Positions 1-9,385 of a DNA stretch of 64,000 nt are shown piece by piece. How positions within the stretch are numbered: the first letter of the stretch is position 1; every line of letters starts with the position of its first letter. Source of the stretch: SAR86 cluster bacterium (GTDB lineage: Bacteria; Pseudomonadota; Gammaproteobacteria; Magnimaribacterales; TMED112); NCBI GenBank assembly GCA_023703555.1, contig CP097968.1, forward strand, positions 842,307 to 906,306, given 5' to 3'. Position numbers and translations under genes: made by a program. The notes beneath the pieces were generated by a model. That model saw only the letters and a list, made by a program, of their open reading frames with translations, ran no database searches and was not told the origin of the DNA.

Positions 1-999
1 AACATCAATTTTTGTTATGCATAGCTCTGACAAGTTATTTAATTTTGCTGAGTATTTTAAAGCTACTAGATCCAACCAACCACATCTCCTTGGTCTTCCT
101 GTTGTTGCTCCAAACTCATTCCCAAGCTCTGCTATTTTCTCCCCCTCTAAATCAAATAATTCAGTGGGAAATGGACCAGCTCCTACTCTGGTTGTATATG
201 CTTTAGCTACCCCCAGAACGTTAGAATAAATACTTTTTGGAAAGCCTGAGCCTACACCCACTGAAGTTGCAAGGGTATTTGATGAAGTTACGAAAGGATA
301 AGTACCATAGTCAACATCAAGAAGTGTTCCTTGTGCACCCTCATAGAGAATATTGCCCCCTTTGTTATGTATTTCCTCCAAAGTATCTGTAACGTCTCCA
401 AAATATTTCTCAAGATTATCAAAGGCTTTTTGGGTCTCTACAAGCATCTCTGATGCATCAACTGGCTTTGAATTATGTATGTTAACAATTTGGAAATTGT
501 AATACTCAACAATGCTTTCTATCTTTTTTTTGAGATTGGTCTGATCTTCAAGATCGAAAACCTTAATACTTCGCCTTGCTGTTTTATCTTCATAGGCTGG
601 ACCTATGCCTCTTTTTGTTGTGCCTATGGAGTTTTTATTATCCTCTCTTAACTGGTCAATAGTTGCATGTATTGGCAAAAGTAAGCTGCAATACCTACTA
701 ATACGTAATTTTCCTTCAAGATTAATTCCTCTTTCTTTGAGTTTATTAACTTCCTCCAGAAGAGAATCAAGCGAAAGAATCACTCCTTGACCAATGAAAC
801 ATTGAACATGATTGTAAAAAATACCAGATGGCACTAGGTGTAAAACAAACTTCTCGTTTTGTGAATAGATTGTATGGCCTGCATTGTGGCCGCCTTGAAA
901 ACGACAGACAGCATCAAACTTTTGTGAAAAGTAGTCTACTATTTTGCCTTTTCCTTCATCTCCCCACTGAGTGCCAACGAGGATTAGGGACTCTTTCAT
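1..999 (-). CDS. purA: Adenylosuccinate synthetase, 3' end cut by window edge (first 333 codons present)
   Basis: Absent from the ORF track because it runs off the window. Reverse translation from ATG (999-997) gives MKESLILVGTQWGDEGKGKIVDYFSQKFDAVCRFQGGHNAGHTI..., with the canonical PurA QWGDEGKGK and GGHNAGHT motifs. The frame stays open to base 1 (...LSELCITKIDV). It follows hflC as in the classical synteny. Confidence 0.95.
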   Translation of the reverse strand, partial: MKESLILVGTQWGDEGKGKIVDYFSQKFDAVCRFQGGHNAGHTIYSQNEKFVLHLVPSGIFYNHVQCFIGQGVILSLDSLLEEVNKLKERGINLEGKLRISRYCSLLLPIHATIDQLREDNKNSIGTTKRGIGPAYEDKTARRSIKVFDLEDQTNLKKKIESIVEYYNFQIVNIHNSKPVDASEMLVETQKAFDNLEKYFGDVTDTLEEIHNKGGNILYEGAQGTLLDVDYGTYPFVTSSNTLATSVGVGSGFPKSIYSNVLGVAKAYTTRVGAGPFPTELFDLEGEKIAELGNEFGATTGRPRRCGWLDLVALKYSAKLNNLSELCITKIDV

Positions 1000-1869
1000 C
1001 TAATCAGGCTGTTCAGACCTGTTGAGATATTTGAAGTAATCAGAATCAGGATCAAGCAAAAGTATATCGCTTTGATCATTAAAAGTTGCTTTGTATGCTT
1101 TTAAGCTTCTTGTAAAGTCATAAAATTCTGGATCTTTATTAAAAGCAGAAGCATATGTAGAGGTCGCTACTGCGTCCCCTTCCCCTCTAATTTTTTCAGA
1201 TTCCTTAGTTGCATTTGCTAAGATAATTGTACGATTCTTGTCAGCATCAGCTCGAATCTTTTCACCTGCTTCACGACCTTCAGCTCTTAATTCTTCTGCA
1301 ATTCTATTTCTCTCAGTTTTCATCCTCTCAAATACAGTTGCACGTAGTTCTCTTTCAAAGTCGATTCTTTTAACCCTGAAATCAACAATCTCAATTCCAA
1401 GCTCTCCAGAATCTTCTCCTAGAGAATTTTTTAGCGCTAGCATTAAGCCATCTCTGTCACCAGAAACAACCTCTTGTAGTGTTCTTTCACCAAATGCATT
1501 CCTTAATTTGTCTCTTACTCTTCTTTGGAGTGTATCTTCAGCAACTCTATCTTGACCGCCATTTGTTGAAGTATAAAAAGTTTCAGCATCAATTATTTTG
1601 TACTTTACAAAAGAATCGACAAGCAGTGGTTTTGATTCACTAGATAGTACCCTGTCAGGTTGTGTGTCAAGCGTTCTTAACCGACCTTCAAACTTTAAAA
1701 CACTATCTAAAAACGGCACTTTAAAATTTAATCCTGGTTCCAGCAATCTTTCAAATGCGCCCAACTTTAGAAGTATCGCTTTTTCAGTATCTTTAACAAT
1801 AACTAATGATTGTGTTGCTAAGACAATTATGAGTAATAAGACTAAACCTAATATCGTATTTCTATTCAT
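1000..1869 (-). CDS. hflC: Protease modulator HflC (SPFH/band 7 family)
   Basis: 289 aa with an N-terminal TM segment and an SPFH domain (LNFKVPFLDSV..., coiled Arg/Glu-rich C-terminal half). Overlaps hflK by 8 nt. Its stop abuts the purA start. Confidence 0.9.
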   Translation of the reverse strand: MNRNTILGLVLLLIIVLATQSLVIVKDTEKAILLKLGAFERLLEPGLNFKVPFLDSVLKFEGRLRTLDTQPDRVLSSESKPLLVDSFVKYKIIDAETFYTSTNGGQDRVAEDTLQRRVRDKLRNAFGERTLQEVVSGDRDGLMLALKNSLGEDSGELGIEIVDFRVKRIDFERELRATVFERMKTERNRIAEELRAEGREAGEKIRADADKNRTIILANATKESEKIRGEGDAVATSTYASAFNKDPEFYDFTRSLKAYKATFNDQSDILLLDPDSDYFKYLNRSEQPD

Positions 1870-2896
1870 CTTCTTCCTCCTCTCTTTTCATCAATTGGTC
1901 GAGTGGAAGGTACAGCAGATTATTTCCTCCCTCAACGTCTATCATAACCTTTGTACTTGAAGCGAAAACCTCTTCAAGTGCATCAAGGTATAATCTTTCT
2001 CTGGTTACTTCGGGCGCTTTTTGATATTCGGTGAGAAGTGCTTCAAATCTTTCTGCTTCACCTTCAGCAATTGCGATGACTTTCTGTTTGTAAGCTTCAG
2101 CATCTTGCAGTTGTCTTTGTGCGTCACCTCTAGCAACTGGCACTATTGATAGTGCATACTTTTCTGCTTCGTTTTGAAGTCTTTCCTTATCCTCTCGAGC
2201 AGCAACAACATCCCTAAAGGAATCTATTACATCTGCAGGTGGTTGTCTTTGTTCGATGTTTACTTGTTGAACCGATATACCTGCATCATATATTGCAAGG
2301 TACTCATCCAATCTTAATTGAATTCCCGAACTGATTGTAGCAGCACCAGAAGTCAAGAGATCATCCATTATGTTCTCCCCAACTACATGCCTTAATGCAC
2401 TTTCTGTTGCTTGTTTAATTGTAACTTCAGGATCTTCGACGTTTAATGAATATTTTTTTAAGTCACTTATTGTGTATTGAACATTAAGCTCAACGTCGAC
2501 AATATTTTCATCTTTCGTCAACATGTTTGTTGGCAAGTTTACAGCTCTTATTCTTGATATATTTTCTGAAGCAAAAATCTCTTCTATAACAGGAAAATGA
2601 AATTGTAGGCCAGGGCCTAAAACTCTATTATATTTTCCTAGAGTAAAAACTACTTCCCTGTCAGCCTCATTAACAATTCTGATTCCAAGAAAAGCATATA
2701 AAGCCAGAAGAATGAGCAGCAAGTAGGAGAAAAATTTAAAATTTAAAGCTAATTTCGGTCCACCACCAGAGCTCCCACCAGCACCTCCTCCAGAGAAAAA
2801 CATATCTCTAAGTTTTTTTATAGCCTCATCTAGGTCAGGAGGGTTGTTATTGTTTTTCCTTCCCCAAGGGTCATTATCATTAGGATTCCAGCTCAT
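1862..2896 (-). CDS. hflK: Protease modulator HflK (SPFH/band 7 family)
   Basis: 344 aa with the typical HflK N-terminus (MSWNPNDNDPWG...PPDLDE), a Gly-rich spacer, a TM segment and an SPFH domain. Paired with hflC. Confidence 0.9.
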   Translation of the reverse strand: MSWNPNDNDPWGRKNNNNPPDLDEAIKKLRDMFFSGGGAGGSSGGGPKLALNFKFFSYLLLILLALYAFLGIRIVNEADREVVFTLGKYNRVLGPGLQFHFPVIEEIFASENISRIRAVNLPTNMLTKDENIVDVELNVQYTISDLKKYSLNVEDPEVTIKQATESALRHVVGENIMDDLLTSGAATISSGIQLRLDEYLAIYDAGISVQQVNIEQRQPPADVIDSFRDVVAAREDKERLQNEAEKYALSIVPVARGDAQRQLQDAEAYKQKVIAIAEGEAERFEALLTEYQKAPEVTRERLYLDALEEVFASSTKVMIDVEGGNNLLYLPLDQLMKREEEEDE

Positions 2897-2897
2897 C

Positions 2898-3842
2898 TTA
2901 ATTACTCCGTAAATATTTTGTTATTGTAGCAGAAAAAGTTTCTATACTTTCTGATTCTCCCGCTTTTATACATGTGTCTTTATCTATTTTTTTCAACCAA
3001 TTAATTTGTGTTTTACCTAAGTTCTTTGTGGCTTTGAGTGCGTCTTGAAAGCATGCTTCAAGAGATTTTCCATTTAAACAATAAGGAAGGAACTGCTTAT
3101 AATTTATACATTGCATGCTTTGATGCTCCTGATTAAGGTTATATTTGTCTAGCACAGTTTCCAGTTCTTTCAGAAAACCACTTTTAATAATTTTATCAAG
3201 CCTTTCTTCAATTTTTTTTGTAAGTGTTTGCTTTTCCAGCATAGTTGAAAGCTTTAAGACTTTTTTTGGCTTAAAAAAAAGTTGCTTCTGTTCCTTTTTT
3301 AAATTTGAAAGTTTTTCCCCTGTGATCTGTATTATTTCAATTGCTCTTATTAATCTTCTTGGGTTCTGGTTATCAAGTGTTTCAAAAGTTTTTTTGTCAA
3401 GCCTCCTCAAGAGCTCTTGAATTTCTTTGATACCTGAGGTCTCGTAAGATTTCTCAATTTCACTTTTAATTTTCTTATCAGACGGAAAATCATGAAAACC
3501 ATTTAAAAGAACATATACATACATCATAGACCCGCCTACAAAAAATGGTATGTTGCCACGTTTCAGGATATCACTGATAGAAATATCTAAATGTTTTTTT
3601 AAAGTGCCTAAATCAAAGCTCTCTGATGGTAGCAGAATGTCAACCAAATGATGTTTGGCTTGTTTTAATTCTCTCTTATTAGGTTTGCAAGATCCAATAT
3701 TCATATCTTTGTAAACCATTGCTGAATCCAGACTTATAATCTCAACAGGAAATTTTTTTGCAATGTTTAATGAGATATTTGTTTTACCAGAAGCGGTAGG
3801 TCCGAAAAGAAATATTGCTTTTGTATTATATCTATACATCAA
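2898..3842 (-). CDS. miaA: tRNA dimethylallyltransferase
   Basis: 314 aa with P-loop GPTASGKT, followed by IISLDSAMVYKDMNIGSCKP, typical of MiaA. Confidence 0.9.
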   Translation of the reverse strand: MMYRYNTKAIFLFGPTASGKTNISLNIAKKFPVEIISLDSAMVYKDMNIGSCKPNKRELKQAKHHLVDILLPSESFDLGTLKKHLDISISDILKRGNIPFFVGGSMMYVYVLLNGFHDFPSDKKIKSEIEKSYETSGIKEIQELLRRLDKKTFETLDNQNPRRLIRAIEIIQITGEKLSNLKKEQKQLFFKPKKVLKLSTMLEKQTLTKKIEERLDKIIKSGFLKELETVLDKYNLNQEHQSMQCINYKQFLPYCLNGKSLEACFQDALKATKNLGKTQINWLKKIDKDTCIKAGESESIETFSATITKYLRSN

Positions 3843-5049
3843 GTATTGATCTAATTAATCCACTATAAGAACCAGGTAAGTTTTGCAAAGCTTTTTTTTG
3901 CATTTTCAAACGTTCATTTCTTTTTTTTGGTGAAGAGTACTTTTCGACAAGTGTTCTTAACATTTCTTTGTTGGAAAAAGTTTCGATAATTTTGGTATCA
4001 CAAAATTGTTTTTTTAGTTCAGAATAATTTTTTAAAAATTCTCCTGTGATAACTGGAGAACCGCAAAAAACTGGTTCAATAAAATTATGTCCCTTTTTAA
4101 AAACTATACTTCCTGCAACAATTGCCAAAGCTGAAAATGAATATAATTCTTTTAGATATCCAACCTTATTGAAGATAACTACAGAATTTACTTCTTCACT
4201 AAGATCAGTAAAAAAATCTGTTGAAATTTTATTTCGTTGCAATGTTCTTTGTACTTGTTTGAATCTCTCTGGATGTCTAGGAACAATTACTATGTTAAAA
4301 TCATTTCTCTCAACCAAAGCTTTAAGAACGAACTCTTCTTCACCAGCATGGGTACTTGCAACCACTAAGATAGGCTTTTTAAATAAATGAATTTTTCTAC
4401 CGACAAAATCTAGGCGATCCTTTTGAAGGGTATAATTTTCTGCATATAGTTTTATATTTCCAATAATAGATACATTCTCACATCCCTTTAAAGTTAAAAA
4501 CTCATAGACCTCTTTTGACTGCACATGGAAACTATCAATATTTTGTAAGAGCTCTTTCGAAGTCTTATGGAAAAACTCCAACGTCTTTATTGTTTTTTCT
4601 GATAATTTTGTATTCAAGGAGATTATTTTTATTGAATTGAGCTTTTGAAAAAGCATATTTGGCCAAAATTCACTTTCAAATAAGATTATTTTTTTGACCC
4701 TAAAAGTCTTTATGATCTTTTTATAAATTGGTCCTATGTCATATGGGAATGGAATAATTTCAATTTTTTCTCCCTTGAATGAGTTTTTGATTTCATTGAT
4801 TCCTGTATCTGTAGTGGATGAGAAAAGAATATTTAAGCGTTTCTCAGATAGTCTCCTTGCTATTGGCACGAGTGCCCGTACTTCCCCAAGGCTTACTCCA
4901 TGAAGCCAAATGTGTTCTTCACTGCATTCATCAAAATTAAACCCTAATCTTTTAAGTTTAAATCGCAAATCTTGAGCTCTAAACAGAATATCTTTTACTA
5001 CGATGAAAGGTAGTAAAAAAAAATATATGAAGTTATATACAATAAACAT
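3832..5049 (-). CDS. waaA: 3-deoxy-D-manno-octulosonic acid (Kdo) transferase
   Basis: 405 aa with IWLHGVSLGEVRA and IVPRHPERF motifs matching E. coli WaaA (HSVSVGE, LVPRHPERF). Confidence 0.85.
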   Translation of the reverse strand: MFIVYNFIYFFLLPFIVVKDILFRAQDLRFKLKRLGFNFDECSEEHIWLHGVSLGEVRALVPIARRLSEKRLNILFSSTTDTGINEIKNSFKGEKIEIIPFPYDIGPIYKKIIKTFRVKKIILFESEFWPNMLFQKLNSIKIISLNTKLSEKTIKTLEFFHKTSKELLQNIDSFHVQSKEVYEFLTLKGCENVSIIGNIKLYAENYTLQKDRLDFVGRKIHLFKKPILVVASTHAGEEEFVLKALVERNDFNIVIVPRHPERFKQVQRTLQRNKISTDFFTDLSEEVNSVVIFNKVGYLKELYSFSALAIVAGSIVFKKGHNFIEPVFCGSPVITGEFLKNYSELKKQFCDTKIIETFSNKEMLRTLVEKYSSPKKRNERLKMQKKALQNLPGSYSGLIRSILDV

Positions 5050-5050
5050 A

Positions 5051-5914
5051 ATGAATAGAGTTATTCTTGCATTTTTGCTAACTATAACAAGACTGATATC
5101 TTTATTTCCAAGATCTATTGTCTATAAAAATAAATCTGTTTTAGCAAAATTTCTTAAATCTCAACTAAAGAGAAGAAACAGAATCATTAAAGCGAATATC
5201 AAATATTGTTTTTCTGATAAATCTAAGGAATGGCGTGACCAGCTTGTTGATAATATTTGGGAAGAATCTGTAATAGGTATTTTTGAAAATAATTTTGCAT
5301 GGAATGCATCACATAAAAGGATTGAAAAAATCAACTTTTCTTTTAAAGGGGATGAAATACTTGAAGAAGCACTTAAAGAAAATAAGGGCGTAATATTATT
5401 ATTTAAACACACTCTGTATCTTGAATTATCGGCAAGACTTTTATCAACGAAATATAAATATGCTGCAATGGAACGTCCAAATAACAATGAAATTATTCAG
5501 AAACTTCAACAAATTGGTAGGGCATATTCTTCTGATTTAGTTTTGAGTAACTCAAATATTAAAGATTGTGTTCGTGAATTAAAGAATAACGCAATAGTCT
5601 TTTATGGGCCTGATCAGGATTACCGAAATAAAAGATCAATTATTTCAAAATTTTTTAAAAGAAAATGTCTCTCCACTACAGTTCCTTTTGCACTGCAACA
5701 AATTGTTGGTTCCAATGTGGTCTTTTTTGATTTTTATAGAGAGGATAGTAAGTTCTATATAGAGTTTAAAAAGTTAAAGGTAGACAAAAAAACTGCTAAA
5801 AATTTTGTAGATATGACTAACTTGGTTATTGAAGAAAGTGTTTTAGAACATCCAGAGCAATATCTCTGGCATCATAGAAGATTTAAATCCCAAGCACCTA
5901 ATATTTATGATTAG
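5051..5914 (+). CDS. lpxL: Lipid A biosynthesis (Kdo)2-lipid IVA acyltransferase, LpxL/HtrB family
   Basis: C-terminal HPEQYLWHHRRFK signature, plus an N-terminal TM segment and an H-x4-E region (KHTLYLE). The ORF track starts at 5003. I prefer ATG 5051 (MNRVILAFLL...) because the earlier in-frame ATGs overlap the waaA 5' end. Confidence 0.8.
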   Translation: MNRVILAFLLTITRLISLFPRSIVYKNKSVLAKFLKSQLKRRNRIIKANIKYCFSDKSKEWRDQLVDNIWEESVIGIFENNFAWNASHKRIEKINFSFKGDEILEEALKENKGVILLFKHTLYLELSARLLSTKYKYAAMERPNNNEIIQKLQQIGRAYSSDLVLSNSNIKDCVRELKNNAIVFYGPDQDYRNKRSIISKFFKRKCLSTTVPFALQQIVGSNVVFFDFYREDSKFYIEFKKLKVDKKTAKNFVDMTNLVIEESVLEHPEQYLWHHRRFKSQAPNIYD

Positions 5915-6506
5915 TAATTTCAAAAAAATTAAGGGGTTCCTGAAACATACAGAGGGAGTGGCATTATATGAAAATACAAAAGAAGTTTGTGTTCACGGTA
6001 ATGCTGCTGAAATTGGATCCTATTGTGGTAAGTCAACTTGTTATATTGCACAGGCTTGTAAAGAAAATAATTCTCTCCTTTATGCCATAGATCATCATAG
6101 AGGGTCTGAGGAGCAACAAAAGGGTCAAGAGTACTTTGATGAAGAAATATTTGATGTACTTGAAAATAGGATAAATACGTATCCATTATTTCTTAAAAAC
6201 ATTAAAGAATATGAGCTTGATAATTTCATAAAACCAATGGTTATGGATTCGATATCTGCATCTAAAGAAATTTCTGAAGCTCTCGATTTTATTTTTATTG
6301 ATGGTAGTCATACTTATGAATCAGCCAGAAATGACTATAAATATTGGAAGCCAAAATTAAGGGATGGGGGGATATTGGCAATTCATGATATTTATGATTC
6401 TGAAGATGATGGCGGACAAGCACCAAGAGAAATTTATGAAACAGCATTGAGAGAGGGTTTTACTCTGAAAAAGCGTGTTGAAAGCTTAGTATTGCTTGTT
6501 CGCTAG
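5907..6506 (+). CDS. Class I SAM-dependent methyltransferase (Methyltransf_24 / O-MT family 3-like)
   Basis: 199 aa with AEIGSYCGKST (motif I-like) and FIFIDGSHTYESARNDYKYW...GGILAIHDI, typical of this small MT family. The 8-nt overlap with lpxL suggests co-transcription. Confidence 0.7.
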   Translation: MISNFKKIKGFLKHTEGVALYENTKEVCVHGNAAEIGSYCGKSTCYIAQACKENNSLLYAIDHHRGSEEQQKGQEYFDEEIFDVLENRINTYPLFLKNIKEYELDNFIKPMVMDSISASKEISEALDFIFIDGSHTYESARNDYKYWKPKLRDGGILAIHDIYDSEDDGGQAPREIYETALREGFTLKKRVESLVLLVR

Positions 6507-7486
6507 TCAAGAATAACTTTCTTTTTGCCTGTTAAATCATGCACAGCGTCAGCAGCAATAACAATTGCTGCATTTGTCCAGGTAGAGCTCTCATCAGGCC
6601 AAAAGATATTCATCTTAAATTGATAGCCAGTAGGGTAAAAACCTTTATCATTTTTGTATTGAAGAATGTTATTAAATATTTTTTTTGCGATTTCAACTTT
6701 GCCGTTTTTTTTAAGTGAAACTACACACTCAGCTGTCTCTGCTAGCGTTACCCAAGGCTCTTCAATCACACACTTAATGCCTTTATCATTTACATAAAAT
6801 TTTTGGAGAAGAGTTTCAATTTCTTGTTCACCACCAATATTACATAACAAAGGGTAGTAGGAATCCATAGAGAATCTTCCTCGATCAACATTATCTCTAT
6901 TAAATTTACTTGATTTGATCATGTCTTTCGAAATAAAGCGCATATCCTCTGGAATATTTTTTTTAAGAATCTTTGAAATTTTAAAGAATGCTCTTCTTGA
7001 TAACTCCAATGAACAGGTCGCAGTTATTAATGAATTATCTACAAAGCCATTTTCATTTTTAGCCCAAAAAAAATACCCTTCTTCATCTTGAAAATCTTTC
7101 ATTCCTTTATAAACCGTTGATAAAAAGGGCCACAGATCGTCCAAATACTCTAAATCATTATCCAAATAATACTTCTGCAATATTGGCAGAAAAACGTAAG
7201 CTACATGATGGGGCTCGAAATAGTCTTTTGTGACCGCAAAATTAACAGATTCCGATTTAATGAGGCCATGTTCGTTACACTCATTAATCAAGAAATCTAT
7301 ACCTTTTTTAAAGGATTGCCATTCACCAAAAATAGCAAGGGCTATTAGACACTCAGAGTGGTCCCAAGCATCAAATTTTTTACCTTCATCCCAAAATATT
7401 GCACCCGAGCTGTCTTGATTCGTGATAATCCATTTAATACAACCCTCAAAATCTTTTTTATTAATCATTTTCGTAAATAAAAACAA
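6503..7486 (-). CDS. Hypothetical alpha/alpha-toroid protein (prenyltransferase/terpene-cyclase-repeat-like or GH15-like)
   Basis: 327 aa with three spaced Q/N-D-x-x-G-aromatic repeats (NQDSSGAIFW, FQDEEGYFFW, YKNDKGFYPTGY) and a C-terminal STWTNAAIVIAADA. These resemble QW-type repeats of alpha/alpha barrels. The fold call is inference. Confidence 0.35.
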   Translation of the reverse strand: MFLFTKMINKKDFEGCIKWIITNQDSSGAIFWDEGKKFDAWDHSECLIALAIFGEWQSFKKGIDFLINECNEHGLIKSESVNFAVTKDYFEPHHVAYVFLPILQKYYLDNDLEYLDDLWPFLSTVYKGMKDFQDEEGYFFWAKNENGFVDNSLITATCSLELSRRAFFKISKILKKNIPEDMRFISKDMIKSSKFNRDNVDRGRFSMDSYYPLLCNIGGEQEIETLLQKFYVNDKGIKCVIEEPWVTLAETAECVVSLKKNGKVEIAKKIFNNILQYKNDKGFYPTGYQFKMNIFWPDESSTWTNAAIVIAADAVHDLTGKKKVILD

Positions 7487-8160
7487 TCAGATTTTCCAAA
7501 AAATGGATTAAGACACCTCTCAAGATAAGCAGAAAACCATGCTTTACCAAACATTTGTTTAATTAATATCTCATGTATTGATTTGGTGAATTTTGAATCC
7601 TCCATATTATTTTTTGCTTTAAAGATCCAATAAAAGGAATGCAAAGCATGCTCTCTATGAAATTTAAAAATCTTAAGGCCTTGATCTTCTATGGATTTTT
7701 TCAAATATTCTCTTTTAAATATTCTTATATGGCCTCCTGGTGACTGCATATATTTTTTGGAGTAATTCCAACATAATCTTTCTGGTAGATAACTAGGCAC
7801 ACTTATCAACATGACACCTGAAGGTTTTAAAACCCTCTTACACTCTTCAATAACTTTTTTAAAATTAGGAACGTGTTCAAGCACCTCTGAACAAATTACT
7901 AAGTCTTGGCTATTGCTGCTTAATTCAATCTCTCTTATATCCTGATTAAAAAATTGATATAGATTATTATTTTGACAATTATGATTTTGAAATTCCCATT
8001 TAAGTTTATTTATTTCCTCAATTGAATGATCAAAACCTCTTATCTCTGCTTGTTTTAAAATCATGCCTAGAGATTTGAGATGTCGCCCATTGCCACAACC
8101 AATGTCTGCGACGTACTTTATTTTTTTCAAATTCAATAAATTAAACTTAAACGATACCAC
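7465..8160 (-). CDS. Class I SAM-dependent methyltransferase (type 11)
   Basis: 231 aa with VADIGCGNGRH (motif I), DLVICSEVLEHV and LKPSGVMLISVP. Confidence 0.8.
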   Translation of the reverse strand: MVSFKFNLLNLKKIKYVADIGCGNGRHLKSLGMILKQAEIRGFDHSIEEINKLKWEFQNHNCQNNNLYQFFNQDIREIELSSNSQDLVICSEVLEHVPNFKKVIEECKRVLKPSGVMLISVPSYLPERLCWNYSKKYMQSPGGHIRIFKREYLKKSIEDQGLKIFKFHREHALHSFYWIFKAKNNMEDSKFTKSIHEILIKQMFGKAWFSAYLERCLNPFFGKSDCFYLRK

Positions 8161-9385
8161 TTAATATTTTTTGGTAGATAACCTCAAGCCTTCTAGCATA
8201 CTCGTCCCACCCAAAAAAATCATCTGCTCTCAAAAGCGAATTATTTGAAGACATTTTATTCAGGGAGTCATTTCTTAGTAGCATTTTCATTTTTTGGGCG
8301 AGCTCATTTGGACTTGCAGGGTTAAAAATTATTGCATTATCTCCAGCAATCTCTGGGAGTGATCCAGAATTTGCAACAATTACTGGCAAACCCATAGACA
8401 TCATTTCAATCAGTGGGAATCCAAATCCCTCGTATAAAGACGGAGCTACACCAATATCGCTTTTTTCCAATACGTCTATTAGACGGTCTTTGGATAAAGA
8501 CTTAAATAAAACCACAGATTCTTCTAAGTTTAATTTTTTGATTAATTCTTTATTATTTTCCCTAAGATCGCCAACTAAGTTCAATTTAGCACTGGGATAT
8601 TCACTTTTAATTAATGAAAATCCCAAAAGTAAGTTTTTCATATTCTTCATAGGAACATCAGAGCTGATAATTGAGACGAAACTTTGCTTTTGTACTTGTG
8701 TGCGGTCTACAAAGTGGTTCTTAATATTTAATCCATTCCACAAAACCTCTATTTTTGACGTATCAAATTTGAAATATTTCTCTATATCTTTTTTTGAAGA
8801 TAAGCTTGGACAAATGACATATCTATAATTTTTAAGATTTTTTGTTTGGAAATTCAAGAATGAATACCAATTCTTTATTGCAAGTTTCATAAAAAAATCT
8901 ATCTCGTTTTCAATGTCAATCTTCTTGTCAATATGAATTGGATGATGGATGGTGGCAACAAGCCTATCATTAACAAAAGGTGGATATTCACTTAAGGATT
9001 GATTGTCATGGAAAATATCAAAGTCTTGAAACTCTTTTAAAAAAATTTTGTCTTTTGATAATCGTTTACCGAAGAACTTTGGCTCTGTAAAAATACCCAA
9101 AGAGGTTTCCAAAAAATCAGTAAGCTCTAGTAAATTTGGTGTTCTTTTTCTAAATAGTTTGAATCTCTCAAAGAAATCAAATGTTTCATAATATTTGGGT
9201 GTGTCAATTTCTACTACCCTGATGTTGCCATTTAACTTTGGTAAAGGATTTCCTGAGAAAACAGTTACCTTATGCCCTAATTCAGCTAATGCCTCAGAAA
9301 CATTCTTTATATAAATTCCCTGACCACCAGAAAGAGGATCGCTTCGATAGGAAATAAAGGCTATTTTAAGTTTTTCATTCGACAC
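8147..9385 (-). CDS. Glycosyltransferase family 4 (GT-B fold)
   Basis: 412 aa with an N-terminal SGGQGIY and a C-terminal APSLYEGFGFPLIEMMSMGLPVIVANSGSLPEI (the E-x7-E region of GT4). Confidence 0.85.
   Translation of the reverse strand: MSNEKLKIAFISYRSDPLSGGQGIYIKNVSEALAELGHKVTVFSGNPLPKLNGNIRVVEIDTPKYYETFDFFERFKLFRKRTPNLLELTDFLETSLGIFTEPKFFGKRLSKDKIFLKEFQDFDIFHDNQSLSEYPPFVNDRLVATIHHPIHIDKKIDIENEIDFFMKLAIKNWYSFLNFQTKNLKNYRYVICPSLSSKKDIEKYFKFDTSKIEVLWNGLNIKNHFVDRTQVQKQSFVSIISSDVPMKNMKNLLLGFSLIKSEYPSAKLNLVGDLRENNKELIKKLNLEESVVLFKSLSKDRLIDVLEKSDIGVAPSLYEGFGFPLIEMMSMGLPVIVANSGSLPEIAGDNAIIFNPASPNELAQKMKMLLRNDSLNKMSSNNSLLRADDFFGWDEYARRLEVIYQKILSGIV

Noticed and set aside
1238-1960. Plus-strand ORFs (105 and 120 aa) antisense to hflC and hflK, and similar antisense ORFs elsewhere (3145-3420, 4046-4390, 8490-8828, 9487-9759, 26556-27164).
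   Set aside because: They are Ser/Leu/Phe-rich antisense shadows of well-supported genes in AT-rich DNA, with no motifs.
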